Shown piece after piece: positions 16,622 to 25,988 of a stretch of 45,224 nt of DNA. Position 1 is the stretch's first letter. Each line of letters begins with the position of its first letter. This DNA comes from Rhodanobacteraceae bacterium (GTDB lineage: Bacteria; Pseudomonadota; Gammaproteobacteria; Xanthomonadales; Rhodanobacteraceae): the NCBI GenBank assembly GCA_035253005.1, contig DATFCO010000220.1:1-45224 (forward strand), given 5' to 3'. The notes beneath the pieces were generated by a model, which searched no databases, had not been told where the DNA came from, and saw only the letters and a program-made list of their open reading frames with translations. The position numbers were made by a program, and so were the translations under genes.

Positions 16622-18434
16622 GGCATTCCTGATCGCCATGCTGGCGCTGGCCGCAGTGCCTGCGTGGCTGTGGCTGGCCGGCCATGTGTTCGTGTGGCTG
16701 GAATTCCGCGGGCACGATCAACCGATCGTGCACCTGATGACTTGGCCTGCGTATTTCCATCATTACAGAGTTGTCGCCGGTGTCAGGCGTCTTCTGATCC
16801 TAAGCGGAGGCGCGGCGAGTGTGGTCGTGCTTGCCCCGATGGCACTGCTCTTTGTGAAGCCGAAGCGTCCGCTGCACGGCGAAGCAAGATTCGCAAAGTC
16901 ATTCGAAGTCCGCAAAGCCAGGCTCTTCGAATCAACGGACGATGGAATCATCATCGGCCGATTGGGCCGCAAATTCCTGACCGCCGGTCTTGCGAAGTAT
17001 CCGCACGTGATGCTCGCCGCGCCCACGGGTGCGGGCAAAGGTGTGGGCGTCGTGATTCCGAATCTTCTCAACTGGAACCACTCGGTGATCGTCCTGGACA
17101 TCAAGAAGGAGAACTGGGAAATCACCGCCGGTTTCCGTGCGGCGCACGGGCACGACGTTTTCCTGTTCGATCCCGCCTCGCCACAACGCCTGACGCATCG
17201 CTGGAATCCGCTCGCCTATGTACGGGAAGACCCCGCACTGCGTGTGGACGACATCCAGAAGATCGCTCACATTCTCTTCCCCGACATCGCCGGTACTGAT
17301 CCCATCTGGACGGCTTCATGCCGCTCATTGTTCCTCGGTTTGGTGCTCTATCTGCTGGAGACACCGGGCAAACCGGTCACGCTGGGCCAAGTCGCACGCG
17401 AATCCTTCGCCGGCAACGATCAGCGATTTGCCAAGCTGATCGAAACGCGACAAGCGGAGGGCAAGCCGTACAGCACCTCCTGCGCGCACGCATTGCTGGA
17501 CTATGTGCACACCTCCGACAACACCCGCACGTCGATCCGCAAGACCTTTACGTCACGATTCGAGTTGTTCCTGAACCCGATCATCGATGCGGCTACGGCG
17601 GCGAATGACTTCGATCTGGAAGCGCTGCGTCGCCGGCGCATCAGCATTTATCTCGGTATCACGCCGGACAACCTTGGCCGTCTTGCACCTCTCCTGAATC
17701 TCTTCTTCCAGCAGGTCGTGGACCTCAACACGCGCGAGCTGCCGGAGCACAATCCTGCACTGCGGTATCAGTGTCTGCTGTTGCTGGACGAATTTCGTTC
17801 ACTCGGCAAGATGCCCTTGCTGGTCGAAGCCGCGGCGTTCCTGCGCGGCTACGGCGTGCGGCTGTTGCCGATCTTTCAATCGCCGAGCCAGATTCGGGAA
17901 CTCTATGGCGAGGAGGCTGCCAAAGCCTTCTTCCATAATCATCCGCTCCGCATTGCCTACACACCGCCGGATATGGCCACTGCTTCGGAACTCAGCCGCG
18001 AGTTGGGCACGTACACTTACAAGGCGACCTCCACTTCGCGACCTTCGGCCTTCTCCAAGGGCTCGCGCTCCATGAGCGAATCGGATCACGCGCGCTCACT
18101 TCTGCTGCCGCAGGAAGTCAAGGAACTCGGCGATACTGAAGCGCTGATCCTGGCCAAGGGCTGCAAAACCATTCGTGCCGACAAGATTTGCTGGTATCGT
18201 GATCCGGCTTTCAAGGACCGTCCGCTGCCCGCCCCGCAACTCGCACCGATGCCTTTGACGGTCCATGCGCTCGAGCCAGACCATTTCCAATCGAACAACG
18301 GAGGATCGGAAAACGAACGCTCGCTGTCGGATTTCAACCTCGACTTGTCCGACGTGCAGATCCCCACCGGGGAAATTACAGAAGCCGAGGCCGAAGCGCT
18401 GGCGGATCAGCTCTACGCCGCCATGACGCGTTAA
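16587..18434 (+). CDS. virD4: VirD4/TraG type IV coupling protein
   Basis: Walker A AAPTGAGKGVGVVIPN and N-terminal TM helices. Start is uncertain: the ATG at 16587 overlaps virB11, and 16638 is an alternative. Confidence 0.88.
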   Translation: MTRSASAPFWVRAFLIAMLALAAVPAWLWLAGHVFVWLEFRGHDQPIVHLMTWPAYFHHYRVVAGVRRLLILSGGAASVVVLAPMALLFVKPKRPLHGEARFAKSFEVRKARLFESTDDGIIIGRLGRKFLTAGLAKYPHVMLAAPTGAGKGVGVVIPNLLNWNHSVIVLDIKKENWEITAGFRAAHGHDVFLFDPASPQRLTHRWNPLAYVREDPALRVDDIQKIAHILFPDIAGTDPIWTASCRSLFLGLVLYLLETPGKPVTLGQVARESFAGNDQRFAKLIETRQAEGKPYSTSCAHALLDYVHTSDNTRTSIRKTFTSRFELFLNPIIDAATAANDFDLEALRRRRISIYLGITPDNLGRLAPLLNLFFQQVVDLNTRELPEHNPALRYQCLLLLDEFRSLGKMPLLVEAAAFLRGYGVRLLPIFQSPSQIRELYGEEAAKAFFHNHPLRIAYTPPDMATASELSRELGTYTYKATSTSRPSAFSKGSRSMSESDHARSLLLPQEVKELGDTEALILAKGCKTIRADKICWYRDPAFKDRPLPAPQLAPMPLTVHALEPDHFQSNNGGSENERSLSDFNLDLSDVQIPTGEITEAEAEALADQLYAAMTR

Positions 18435-18456
18435 CCAACTCTCAAAGGAGTTCACT

Positions 18457-19173
18457 ATGAGCAATGAAGCACCCGAACTGCCGGAAGGCGGTCGTGCCCC
18501 CAACAAGCGGCCTTTGAACGAAATCCGTCGTATTGGCGGCGAAAAAGGCAGTCCCGACCGCACCATCCCCGAACACCTGAAGCCGCACTATCACCAGGAC
18601 GGCAACGCCTTCCGCTCGGCCTACCGTCCGGACCGGATCGAGTTCGTGGATCGCGGCAGCCGCATGCACGCCTATTTCCCGATTAGTACCTTCACCGTGC
18701 GCGCGCTCGCGGAGATCGCCGTCGCGCGTGGCTGGAAGGAACTGGAAGTCACGGGCTCCCAGGACTTCCAGCGATCGGCCTATGTCGAAGCCGCCACGCG
18801 TGGGCTGAAGGTCCGCGGCTACGAACCGACGGAAAAGGATCTGGAAATCCTGCAACGCCGATCCGAAAGGCGTGAAGCCGAAAAGAACCCGCTGGTGCAG
18901 GCGTTTCTCGCCGCGGAATCGAAGAAAGACCAAGAAAGCGCAATCAAGAAATATCCGCAGCTCAAGGCGGCATTCCTTGCCGATGCTGCCGCCAAGGCCA
19001 TCGCGGAGGCGAAAATCGATTCGAAGAAGGCTGCGGAGAATTTCGTCTCCCGCTTCCGCGACTCCATTGCAATCGCTCTTCACACAGGACGCGCTTTGCC
19101 TGCGCCCGAAGTTAAAGCAGAACCAGCGCGTCCTTCCAAAATCGAGGAGAGGAACCGGGATCGCTCGCGATAG
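18457..19173 (+). CDS. LPD7-like (large polyvalent-protein-associated domain 7) protein
   Basis: 238 aa. ...ALAEIAVARGWKELEVTGSQDFQRSAYVEAATRGLKVRGYEPTEKD matches my recollection of the LPD7 core. Lys/Glu-rich tail. Immediately downstream of the coupling protein. Confidence 0.55.
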   Translation: MSNEAPELPEGGRAPNKRPLNEIRRIGGEKGSPDRTIPEHLKPHYHQDGNAFRSAYRPDRIEFVDRGSRMHAYFPISTFTVRALAEIAVARGWKELEVTGSQDFQRSAYVEAATRGLKVRGYEPTEKDLEILQRRSERREAEKNPLVQAFLAAESKKDQESAIKKYPQLKAAFLADAAAKAIAEAKIDSKKAAENFVSRFRDSIAIALHTGRALPAPEVKAEPARPSKIEERNRDRSR

Positions 19174-19179
19174 CTCCTT

Positions 19180-19208
19180 GGCGCCAGCTTCCTTGCGGGG
19201 CTGGCGCC
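19180..19208 (+). terminator. Hairpin between convergent LPD7 and cusA genes, possible terminator
   Basis: 9-bp stem ggcgccagc/gctggcgcc with an 11-nt loop, followed by ttcatatt. Only a weak U-tract. Confidence 0.35.
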
Positions 19209-19333
19209 TTCATATTCGGCCGTTTTTAGTATTCTGGTACTTCTACAGAAATCTGAATCGGATTCTGAAATGGTTGCGAAACAACGGCTGATCTACGCAC
19301 TCGTGTGCATCTCCGCATTGCGCTGTTGCTGAG

Positions 19334-22300
19334 CTATTTGTCGCGCGCACTTCGCCCTAAATCCCGACGGCTGATCAAAGGTGGGCGTCTCCTCAGTCGC
19401 TGCCGTTCGAGCAACCGGAACGCCGCGGGAATCACCAACATGGACAGGATCGGTGCGGTGATCATGCCGCCGACCATCGGCGCGGCGATTTGCCGGGTCA
19501 GCTCCGATCCTACGCCACCGCCGAGCATGATCGGAAGCAGACCGGCAATGATCACCGCGACCGTCATCGCGATCGGTCGCACGCGCATCAGCGCGCCTTC
19601 GCGGATCGCTGCGTCCAGCGCTTCGTCGGTCACGGCGCCCGCTTCGAGCTGGCGCTGCCAAGCGTGGCGCAGGTACAACATCATCACCACACCGAACTCC
19701 GCGGTGAGCCCGGCCAGTGCGATAAAGCCGATCACGTTCGCCACGGATATCTCGTAGCCGAGCAACCAAGTCAGCCAGAAGCCGCCGACCAGCCCGAGCG
19801 GTACGGTCAGCAGGATGATCCCGGCCTGCGCGGTGTCGCGGAAGATCAGGTAGATCAGCAGGAACACGATCACGACCGTCGCCGGTATCACGTACCGCAA
19901 GCGTTCCTTCGCGTGCTGCAGATACTCGAATTGCCCGGCCCACCCCAGCGTGTAGCCGGGCGGCAACTTCACCTGCTGCGCGATCGCCTGTTTCAGCGAT
20001 GTCACCAGACCGCCGAGATCGCCGCTCGGCGTGTCCACATAGACATAGGTGGTCGGCACGCTGTCTTCGCTCTTCAGCATCGGCGGGCCGTTGGTCACGA
20101 CGAGATCGGCGACCTGGCCCAAGGTGAGTTGTGCGCCGTTGGCCGCCACGATCGGCAGCGCGCGCAGGCTCGCCAGCGAATCACGCTCCGAGCGCGGATA
20201 ACGCAGCACGATCGGAAAGCGCTCCAGACCCTGCACGGTCTGGCCGATCGGCTCGCCACCTACGACGGTGCTGATCAGCGATTGCACGTCCTGCTGGGTC
20301 AAGCCGTAGCGCGCAGCGGCATCGCGGTGGACTTTTACTTGCACGTAGCGCCCGCCGGCGCTGCGTTCGGCGATGACGGAACTGACGCCAGGCACCGTGC
20401 GCGCCACGTTCTCGATCTGCCGGGCGATGCGTTGCAGCTCGTTGATGTCGGGCCCCAGCACCTTGATGCCGATCGGCGTCTTGATGCCGGTGGACAGCAT
20501 TTCGGTGCGGGTACGGATCGGATACACGAACAGGTTGGTGAGGCCCGGCACCTTCACCGCGCGATCGAGTTCCGCTTTTAGCTTGTCCATGGTCATACCG
20601 GGACGCCACTGATCCTGCGGCTTGAAAGTGATCGTGGTATCGAACATCTCCAGTGGCGCGTTGTCGGTGGCGGTCTGCGCGCGGCCGGCTTGGCCGAACA
20701 CGTGCGCGACTTCCGGCACCGTCTTCAACATGCGATCGGTTTGCTGCAACAACTGCGCAGCCTTGCCGGCGGATATCCCCGGCAACGCGGTCGGCATGTA
20801 CAGCAGCGTGCCCTCGTTCAACGGCGGCATGAACTGCGAGCCGAGCCGCGATATCGGCAGCAACGCAGAGACCAGCACGATCGCCGCGACGATCAGCACC
20901 GTGCGCGGCGCACGCAGCACCCATGCGATCAACGGCCGGTAGAGTTCGGTCAATGCGCGATTAAGCGGATTGGCGTGCTCGGGGCGGATGCGCCCGCGCA
21001 CCAGATATCCGATCAGCACCGGAATCAGCGTGACGGACAATCCGGCCGCCGCCGCCATCGAATAGGTCTTGGTGAAGGCGAGCGGCTTAAACAACCGGCC
21101 TTCCTGCGCCTGCAAGGCGAACACCGGTACAAAGGAGAGCGTGATCACCAGCAGGCTGAAGAACAGCGCCGGGCCGACTTCGGCGACCGCTTCCGCGATC
21201 AACTCCCAGCGTTCGCGCGCGGTGGGTTCACCACGATCCTCAGGCGCGAGATGCCACGCCTCCAGATGCTTGTGGGTGTTCTCGATCATCACCACCGCCG
21301 CATCGACCATCGCACCGATCGCGATCGCGATGCCGCCCAGCGACATGATGTTGGCCGAGACGCCTTGCCAATCCATCACGATGAAGGCGGCCAGCACGCC
21401 CAGCGGCAGCGTGAACACCGCGACCAGCGAGGAACGCAGGTGCCCCAGGAACAGCGCGCAGACCAGCGCGACGATGATGAATTCCTCCAGCAGTTTTTCG
21501 CCGAGATTGCCGACCGCGGAATGGATCAGCTTCGAGCGGTCGTAGGTTGGTACGATCTGCACGCCCGGCGGCAAGCTCTTCTGCAACTTCGCGAGCCGCG
21601 CCTTGACCGCGTTGATGGTGGTGAGCGCGTTCTTGTTGTAACGCATGATCACGATCCCGCCGACCACCTCGCCCTGGCCGTCGAGTTCGGCGATGCCTTG
21701 GCGCACGGTCGGTCCGCGACGGATCGTCGCTACCTCATCCAGCAGCACCGGCGTGCCATCCTTGTTGGTGGCGACCGGAATGCGCGCGAAGTCCTCGTGC
21801 GATTGCAGATAGCCTTCGCTGGACACCATCAGATCGGCTTCGCCCTGTTCGATCACCGAACCGCCGCTGGCGCCGTTGGCCTGCTTGATCGCGTTCTCGA
21901 CCTGCGGCACGGTCAATCCGCGCGTGGCCAGCGCCAGCGGATCAATAACGACCTGCCACGCCTGCACCATGCCACCCACCGTCGCAACTTCGGCCACGTT
22001 CGGTACGGTCTTCAACCGGTAGCGCATGAACCAGTCCTGCAGCGCGGTCAACTGGCCCAGATCATGGCGGCCAGTGCGATCAACGAGTGCGTATTCGTAG
22101 ATCCAGCCGGCGCCCGTGGCATCGGGACCGAGCGCCGGGCTGATACCGGCCGGCAGCTTGTCGCGCGCCTGGCTCAGATATTCGAGCACGCGAGAGCGCG
22201 CCCAGTAGGGGTCGGTGCCGTCCTCGAACAGGATGTAGACGTAGGAGTCGCCGAAGAACGAGAAGCCACGCACCGCCGTGGCGCCCGGCACCGACAGCAT

Positions 22301-22516
22301 CGTGGTCTCCAGCGGATAGGTGACCTGATCCTCGACTAGTTGCGGCGCCTGACCCGGCCAGGACGTGTGCACGATGACTTCCGTGTCCGACAGGTCGGGC
22401 AGCGCGTCGAGCGGTGTGCGCAGCAGCGCGATGACACCGGCAATGGCGAGCGCCAGCGCGGCAAGCAGCACCATGCCGCCATTGGCAATGGACCAGCGGA
22501 TCAGACGAGCGATCAT
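19334..22516 (-). CDS. cusA: Heavy-metal efflux RND pump, CusA type (Cu/Ag)
   Basis: 1060 aa. IAIAIGAMVDAAVVMIEN is the CusA-type TM4 signature, rather than the CzcA DFG..DGA form. ATGA-coupled to cusB. Confidence 0.9.
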   Translation of the reverse strand: MIARLIRWSIANGGMVLLAALALAIAGVIALLRTPLDALPDLSDTEVIVHTSWPGQAPQLVEDQVTYPLETTMLSVPGATAVRGFSFFGDSYVYILFEDGTDPYWARSRVLEYLSQARDKLPAGISPALGPDATGAGWIYEYALVDRTGRHDLGQLTALQDWFMRYRLKTVPNVAEVATVGGMVQAWQVVIDPLALATRGLTVPQVENAIKQANGASGGSVIEQGEADLMVSSEGYLQSHEDFARIPVATNKDGTPVLLDEVATIRRGPTVRQGIAELDGQGEVVGGIVIMRYNKNALTTINAVKARLAKLQKSLPPGVQIVPTYDRSKLIHSAVGNLGEKLLEEFIIVALVCALFLGHLRSSLVAVFTLPLGVLAAFIVMDWQGVSANIMSLGGIAIAIGAMVDAAVVMIENTHKHLEAWHLAPEDRGEPTARERWELIAEAVAEVGPALFFSLLVITLSFVPVFALQAQEGRLFKPLAFTKTYSMAAAAGLSVTLIPVLIGYLVRGRIRPEHANPLNRALTELYRPLIAWVLRAPRTVLIVAAIVLVSALLPISRLGSQFMPPLNEGTLLYMPTALPGISAGKAAQLLQQTDRMLKTVPEVAHVFGQAGRAQTATDNAPLEMFDTTITFKPQDQWRPGMTMDKLKAELDRAVKVPGLTNLFVYPIRTRTEMLSTGIKTPIGIKVLGPDINELQRIARQIENVARTVPGVSSVIAERSAGGRYVQVKVHRDAAARYGLTQQDVQSLISTVVGGEPIGQTVQGLERFPIVLRYPRSERDSLASLRALPIVAANGAQLTLGQVADLVVTNGPPMLKSEDSVPTTYVYVDTPSGDLGGLVTSLKQAIAQQVKLPPGYTLGWAGQFEYLQHAKERLRYVIPATVVIVFLLIYLIFRDTAQAGIILLTVPLGLVGGFWLTWLLGYEISVANVIGFIALAGLTAEFGVVMMLYLRHAWQRQLEAGAVTDEALDAAIREGALMRVRPIAMTVAVIIAGLLPIMLGGGVGSELTRQIAAPMVGGMITAPILSMLVIPAAFRLLERQRLRRRPPLISRRDLGRSARDK

Positions 22517-23883
22517 GGGTGCGCTCCGTGACCGCTCGAAGCCGACGATGCGGGCATCGGCATGCCAGGCATCGCGTTCATCTTCGAGTTGCTTGAAGGC
22601 GGGGCAGCGGGCATGTTCATGCCGGACATGCCTCCATTGCTTGCAGCGGGCGTCGGCTTTGGGCCGGTGTTCAACCGCTCCAGCGCGCCGGACAAGCTCG
22701 CTTCCGAATCAATCAGGAACTGTCCCGAGGTGACGATGCGTTCGCCGCCGCGCAGGCCGGCAAGGATTTCGGTCAGGCCGTCTGACGAGCGCCCGGTCTT
22801 CACCCGCACCGGTTTGAAGCTGCCATCCGGCAATCGCTCAATGACACGCGTCGCGGTGCCGTCGGCGATGATCGCTTCGTCCGGTACCAGCGGATGCGCG
22901 GCATGCGCCGTACCCTTGATGCGCAGATTTGCGAACATGCCCGGCGCCAGATCGCGTTTCGGGTTCTGCAGCACGATGCGTGCGCGCTGGGTGCGGGTGG
23001 AGGGGTCCACTTCGGGCAGCAGTTCTTCTACCTGGCCTTGGAAGGTTTCACCGGGCAGCGCACTGACTGTCGCCATGATCGGAGTGCCGGCGCGGACGCC
23101 ACCGCTCATCGCCTGCGGGATGGCGGCATCCACCCACACGGTATCGAGTCCGTTCAACTGCATGATCGGCGCACCGGCGCTGATCTGCTGGCCTTCCGTG
23201 GCATCGAGTGCACTCACCACGCCATCCATCGGCGCACGCAAGGTGATTGTCCCGCTGCCCGCGCGCGGTCCGCGAATCGTTGCGTCATCCATGCCCAATG
23301 CATGCAGGCGCGCACGCGCAGCACCGCGCAGTGCGCGAGCATCGGCCGACTTCGCGTTGCCCAACGCGAAATATTCCGCCGCCGCCGCGCTCCATTGCGG
23401 CGCTAGGATTTCCGCGAGCGGCTGGCCTTCCTTGACCGTCGCGTACGGCGCACGTACGTACAGCTTTTCGATGGTGACATCCGTGCGTGCGCTGACGGTG
23501 ACGGCGAGGCGCTGATCCCACGCGATGGTGCCGGGCACGTGCAGCGTGTCGGGGAGCGTTCCGGTTTTCACCACTTCGCTGCGCACGCCGAGGTTCTGCT
23601 CGACGGCCGGATCGATACGCACCACGTTCCGACCTGCGCTGCCGTTCTGCTCGACGTACTTGGGCACCATCTGCATGCCCATCGGCGAAGTGCCCGGATG
23701 ATTGAAATGCTGCTCCGGCACCATCGGGTCGTACCAATAGAGAATCTTCTTGCCCGAAGATTGCGAAGATGCGGTTGCACTGCCCGATGCGGCTGGCATG
23801 GACTGCCGCGCGATGAAGTAGCCGATGATGCCGGCCACGACCAAGGCGACCGCCGCCCCGACAAAGAAAAGAATGCGTCTCAT
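22513..23883 (-). CDS. cusB: CusB-type periplasmic adaptor with Met-rich C-terminal tail
   Basis: The ATG at 23883 shares ATGA with the cusC stop. YWYDPMVPEQHFNHPGTSPMGMQMVP metal-binding segment. The tail is ...GGMSGMNMPAAPPSSNSKMNAMPGMPMP. The upstream 82 codons of the track ORF were rejected. Confidence 0.88.
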   Translation of the reverse strand: MRRILFFVGAAVALVVAGIIGYFIARQSMPAASGSATASSQSSGKKILYWYDPMVPEQHFNHPGTSPMGMQMVPKYVEQNGSAGRNVVRIDPAVEQNLGVRSEVVKTGTLPDTLHVPGTIAWDQRLAVTVSARTDVTIEKLYVRAPYATVKEGQPLAEILAPQWSAAAAEYFALGNAKSADARALRGAARARLHALGMDDATIRGPRAGSGTITLRAPMDGVVSALDATEGQQISAGAPIMQLNGLDTVWVDAAIPQAMSGGVRAGTPIMATVSALPGETFQGQVEELLPEVDPSTRTQRARIVLQNPKRDLAPGMFANLRIKGTAHAAHPLVPDEAIIADGTATRVIERLPDGSFKPVRVKTGRSSDGLTEILAGLRGGERIVTSGQFLIDSEASLSGALERLNTGPKPTPAASNGGMSGMNMPAAPPSSNSKMNAMPGMPMPASSASSGHGAHP

Positions 23884-25175
23884 CACGGCGTCTCCGCAGT
23901 CGAACCGGAATCGGGAATCAGGTAGGCAAGTGCCGCCCAGGCTTTGCCCCAGGCGGCAAGTGCGTTCGCATAAGCGATGCGCGTATCGATCTCGTCGCGG
24001 CGCGCTTCCAGCCAAGGTTGTAGCGAGCCACCGCCGCGGTACAGCGCCAGCGCTGTACGCGCGCGATCGGCCGCCAGCGGCAGCAACTCGTCGCGATAAC
24101 GCCGCACCTGCTTGTCGTCGCCTTGCCATTTGGCGATGGCCGCGGCGACCGCTTCACGCTGCGCGCGGCGAGCATCCTCGTGCTCGGCCCGCACGGCATC
24201 GCGTTCGGCGTAGCGCGCGCTGATGTCGCGATCCTGCCGGTTGCCGGGAAAGATCGGCAGGCTGACACCGACTTCCAGGCTCATCATATCGGTGCGATGG
24301 ATGCGCTCGCCGTACATCAGGCTTACGCTCCAGTCCGGATGCTTTCCGGCCTTGGCGAGATCGAGTCTGGCCTGCGCCTGATCTTCGCGCGCACTCCAGT
24401 CCAGCAGCGGCGCCTGCCGGTCCACATCAGCGTGCAATTGTGCGGGAGAGGCGCGTAGATCGGAAAAATCCGGTGGTTCGGCCAGCGCATCGTTGGCGCG
24501 ATCACCGATCCAGCGTTGCAGCGCCGCGCGCGCGGCGGTGATGTCGGCATCCGCCGCGTCAATCTTGTTTTCGAGTTCCACGGCGGCAGCTTTCGCGGAC
24601 AGCGCATCGGTCGCATTGCCGATACCACCGGCGAGATTCGCTTTCGTCGCTTTCACCGCCAGCGCGGATTGCTCGCGCAACTCGTCCAGCAATGTGCGTT
24701 CGCGCTGCGCGGCCCACAGCATCACCCAGGCGTTCGCGGCGGCGCGTTTCGCATCGAGCCGCATGACCACGCTGTTGGCGTTGGCAAGTTGCACATCGGC
24801 TTGCGCGACATCGCCCATGGCCTCGCGCTTGGCATGCGCAGGGATCTCCTGCATCAGGCCGACCTTGCGCATGGTCATGAAATCGGCCGAAGCGTCGAAC
24901 GCCTGCGGACCGGTCGCGGTGAGATTGTCGATCCCCGCGATCAGCTTCGGATCGGGCAGTTGTCTTGCCCGCACGGCATCGTCTTGCGCCGCTTGTGCGC
25001 GCAGCAATTGCGCCTGCACTTGTGGCGCCTGTGACGCTGCGATTCGTGTCGCCGCATCGAGCGTCAGCGCCGAATCATCACTGGCCGCACATAACCGCTG
25101 TGCGATCAACGCCAATACCAAGGCAATCAGGAAACGCGGCGCGCGCCAGCGCCGCCGAAGCATGGAAAAACGCAT
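23883..25175 (-). CDS. cusC: CusC/TolC-family outer-membrane factor
   Basis: 430 aa with an N-terminal signal. GGAGG RBS 5 nt upstream of the ATG at 25175. First of the cusCBA order. Confidence 0.85.
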   Translation of the reverse strand: MRFSMLRRRWRAPRFLIALVLALIAQRLCAASDDSALTLDAATRIAASQAPQVQAQLLRAQAAQDDAVRARQLPDPKLIAGIDNLTATGPQAFDASADFMTMRKVGLMQEIPAHAKREAMGDVAQADVQLANANSVVMRLDAKRAAANAWVMLWAAQRERTLLDELREQSALAVKATKANLAGGIGNATDALSAKAAAVELENKIDAADADITAARAALQRWIGDRANDALAEPPDFSDLRASPAQLHADVDRQAPLLDWSAREDQAQARLDLAKAGKHPDWSVSLMYGERIHRTDMMSLEVGVSLPIFPGNRQDRDISARYAERDAVRAEHEDARRAQREAVAAAIAKWQGDDKQVRRYRDELLPLAADRARTALALYRGGGSLQPWLEARRDEIDTRIAYANALAAWGKAWAALAYLIPDSGSTAETP

Positions 25176-25236
25176 AAGACCTCCGCAAACGATCGGCCAC
25201 GGCTGCGAATGCAGCCGCGGAGGAACACGCGGAGGT

Positions 25237-25635
25237 CTAGATCAGCAGGACTCGGAAGCGCAGCGTGGGCGGAATGCCGGATCGTCGCCACGCAGCATTC
25301 TGCCCGTACTGGGCGGTGAAGACCGGCAATGCTTGCACGAGCGGCTGGGCGGGTAGCAGCGCCGGCAGCGACAACGGCGGCACATTGGGCAAGCGCGCAT
25401 CCTGCGTCGAAGCGGTTTGCTGCGCGCAATGCTGCGCGCACAACGCCGGCGCCTGCTTCTGCTGGGTCATCGGCATGCCGGCGCAATGTGCATTCATTGC
25501 GACATCACTCGTAGGCAATTCCGAAGCGCCACACAGGTAAGACGCGAACGCCACCTGCTGGAACAGCAGCGCAAGCACCGCCAGCAGCGTCAGCCGCACG
25601 CGGGTTCGTTGGTTCGGGCGAAAAAGCCGTTTCAC
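25237..25635 (-). CDS. CopL/DUF2946-like small Cys/His protein heading the cusCBA operon
   Basis: 132 aa, GTG start, N-terminal hydrophobic segment. Shares HC.GM (NAHCAGMPM), a Cys cluster (CAQHCAQQ) and a Pro-rich tail with the copL product at 38401-38811. Confidence 0.6.
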   Translation of the reverse strand: MKRLFRPNQRTRVRLTLLAVLALLFQQVAFASYLCGASELPTSDVAMNAHCAGMPMTQQKQAPALCAQHCAQQTASTQDARLPNVPPLSLPALLPAQPLVQALPVFTAQYGQNAAWRRSGIPPTLRFRVLLI

Positions 25636-25682
25636 GCCTTTACTTTACAGCACTTTTTCAATGACCATCCAGTTGGCTGCGA

Positions 25683-25701
25683 TATACCTTATCAGGGTAT
25701 A
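25683..25701. promoter_or_regulatory. Candidate CsoR/RcnR-type operator
   Basis: TATACC-ttatcag-GGTATA inverted repeat ending 9 nt before the GTG at 25710. It overlaps a TATAGT -10-like hexamer (25698-25703). Confidence 0.45.
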
Positions 25702-25709
25702 GTATTTGT

Positions 25710-25988
25710 GTGACACACACCATCCGCGACAAAGCCAAGCTTCTAAATCGCGTCCGCAGGTTACGTGGACAATTAAACGGCATCGAAAGGGCTCTGATCG
25801 AGGAGCGCGAGCCGGCGGACATCCTGCACACAATTGCGGCCTGCCGGGGTGCGATCGATGGCTTGCTCGGCCAAGTCATGGAAGGCCATATCCGCGAGCA
25901 CGTGCTCGACGAGCACCGCAAGGCCACACCAGACCAGATGCGGGCCGCGGAAGATTTGATTGCTGTGCTCAGGACTTATCTGAAATGA
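25710..25988 (+). CDS. RcnR/CsoR-family metal-responsive repressor (DmeR-like)
   Basis: 92 aa. The N-terminus MTHTIRDK and ...IAACRGAIDGL...EGHIREH align without gaps to my recollection of E. coli RcnR (H3, H60, H64). GTG start. ATGA-coupled to the CDF gene. Confidence 0.85.
   Translation: MTHTIRDKAKLLNRVRRLRGQLNGIERALIEEREPADILHTIAACRGAIDGLLGQVMEGHIREHVLDEHRKATPDQMRAAEDLIAVLRTYLK

Noticed and set aside
19209-19333. AT-rich junction between the T4SS/LPD7 block and cusA as a transposon end
   Set aside because: It contains only a short GAATC-g-GATTC palindrome. No matching inverted repeat was found at the other cargo boundary (38812-38880).
20690-22339. 549-aa plus-strand ORF, and the neighbouring ORFs 19490-20581 and 21069-21545
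   Set aside because: They are antisense to cusA. The composition is extremely rich in R, H, D and Q, typical of GC-rich shadow ORFs, and there are no motifs.
22513-24129. Long N-terminal extensions in track ORFs (cusB here; also 25706, 10350, 12843, 34093-35334, 33132-34145, 5981-6649, 4634-5290, 7575, 15536, 41558)
   Set aside because: The upstream parts are Arg-rich, overlap the preceding gene and lack an RBS. Internal starts give signal peptides or conserved N-termini and ATGA-type coupling.
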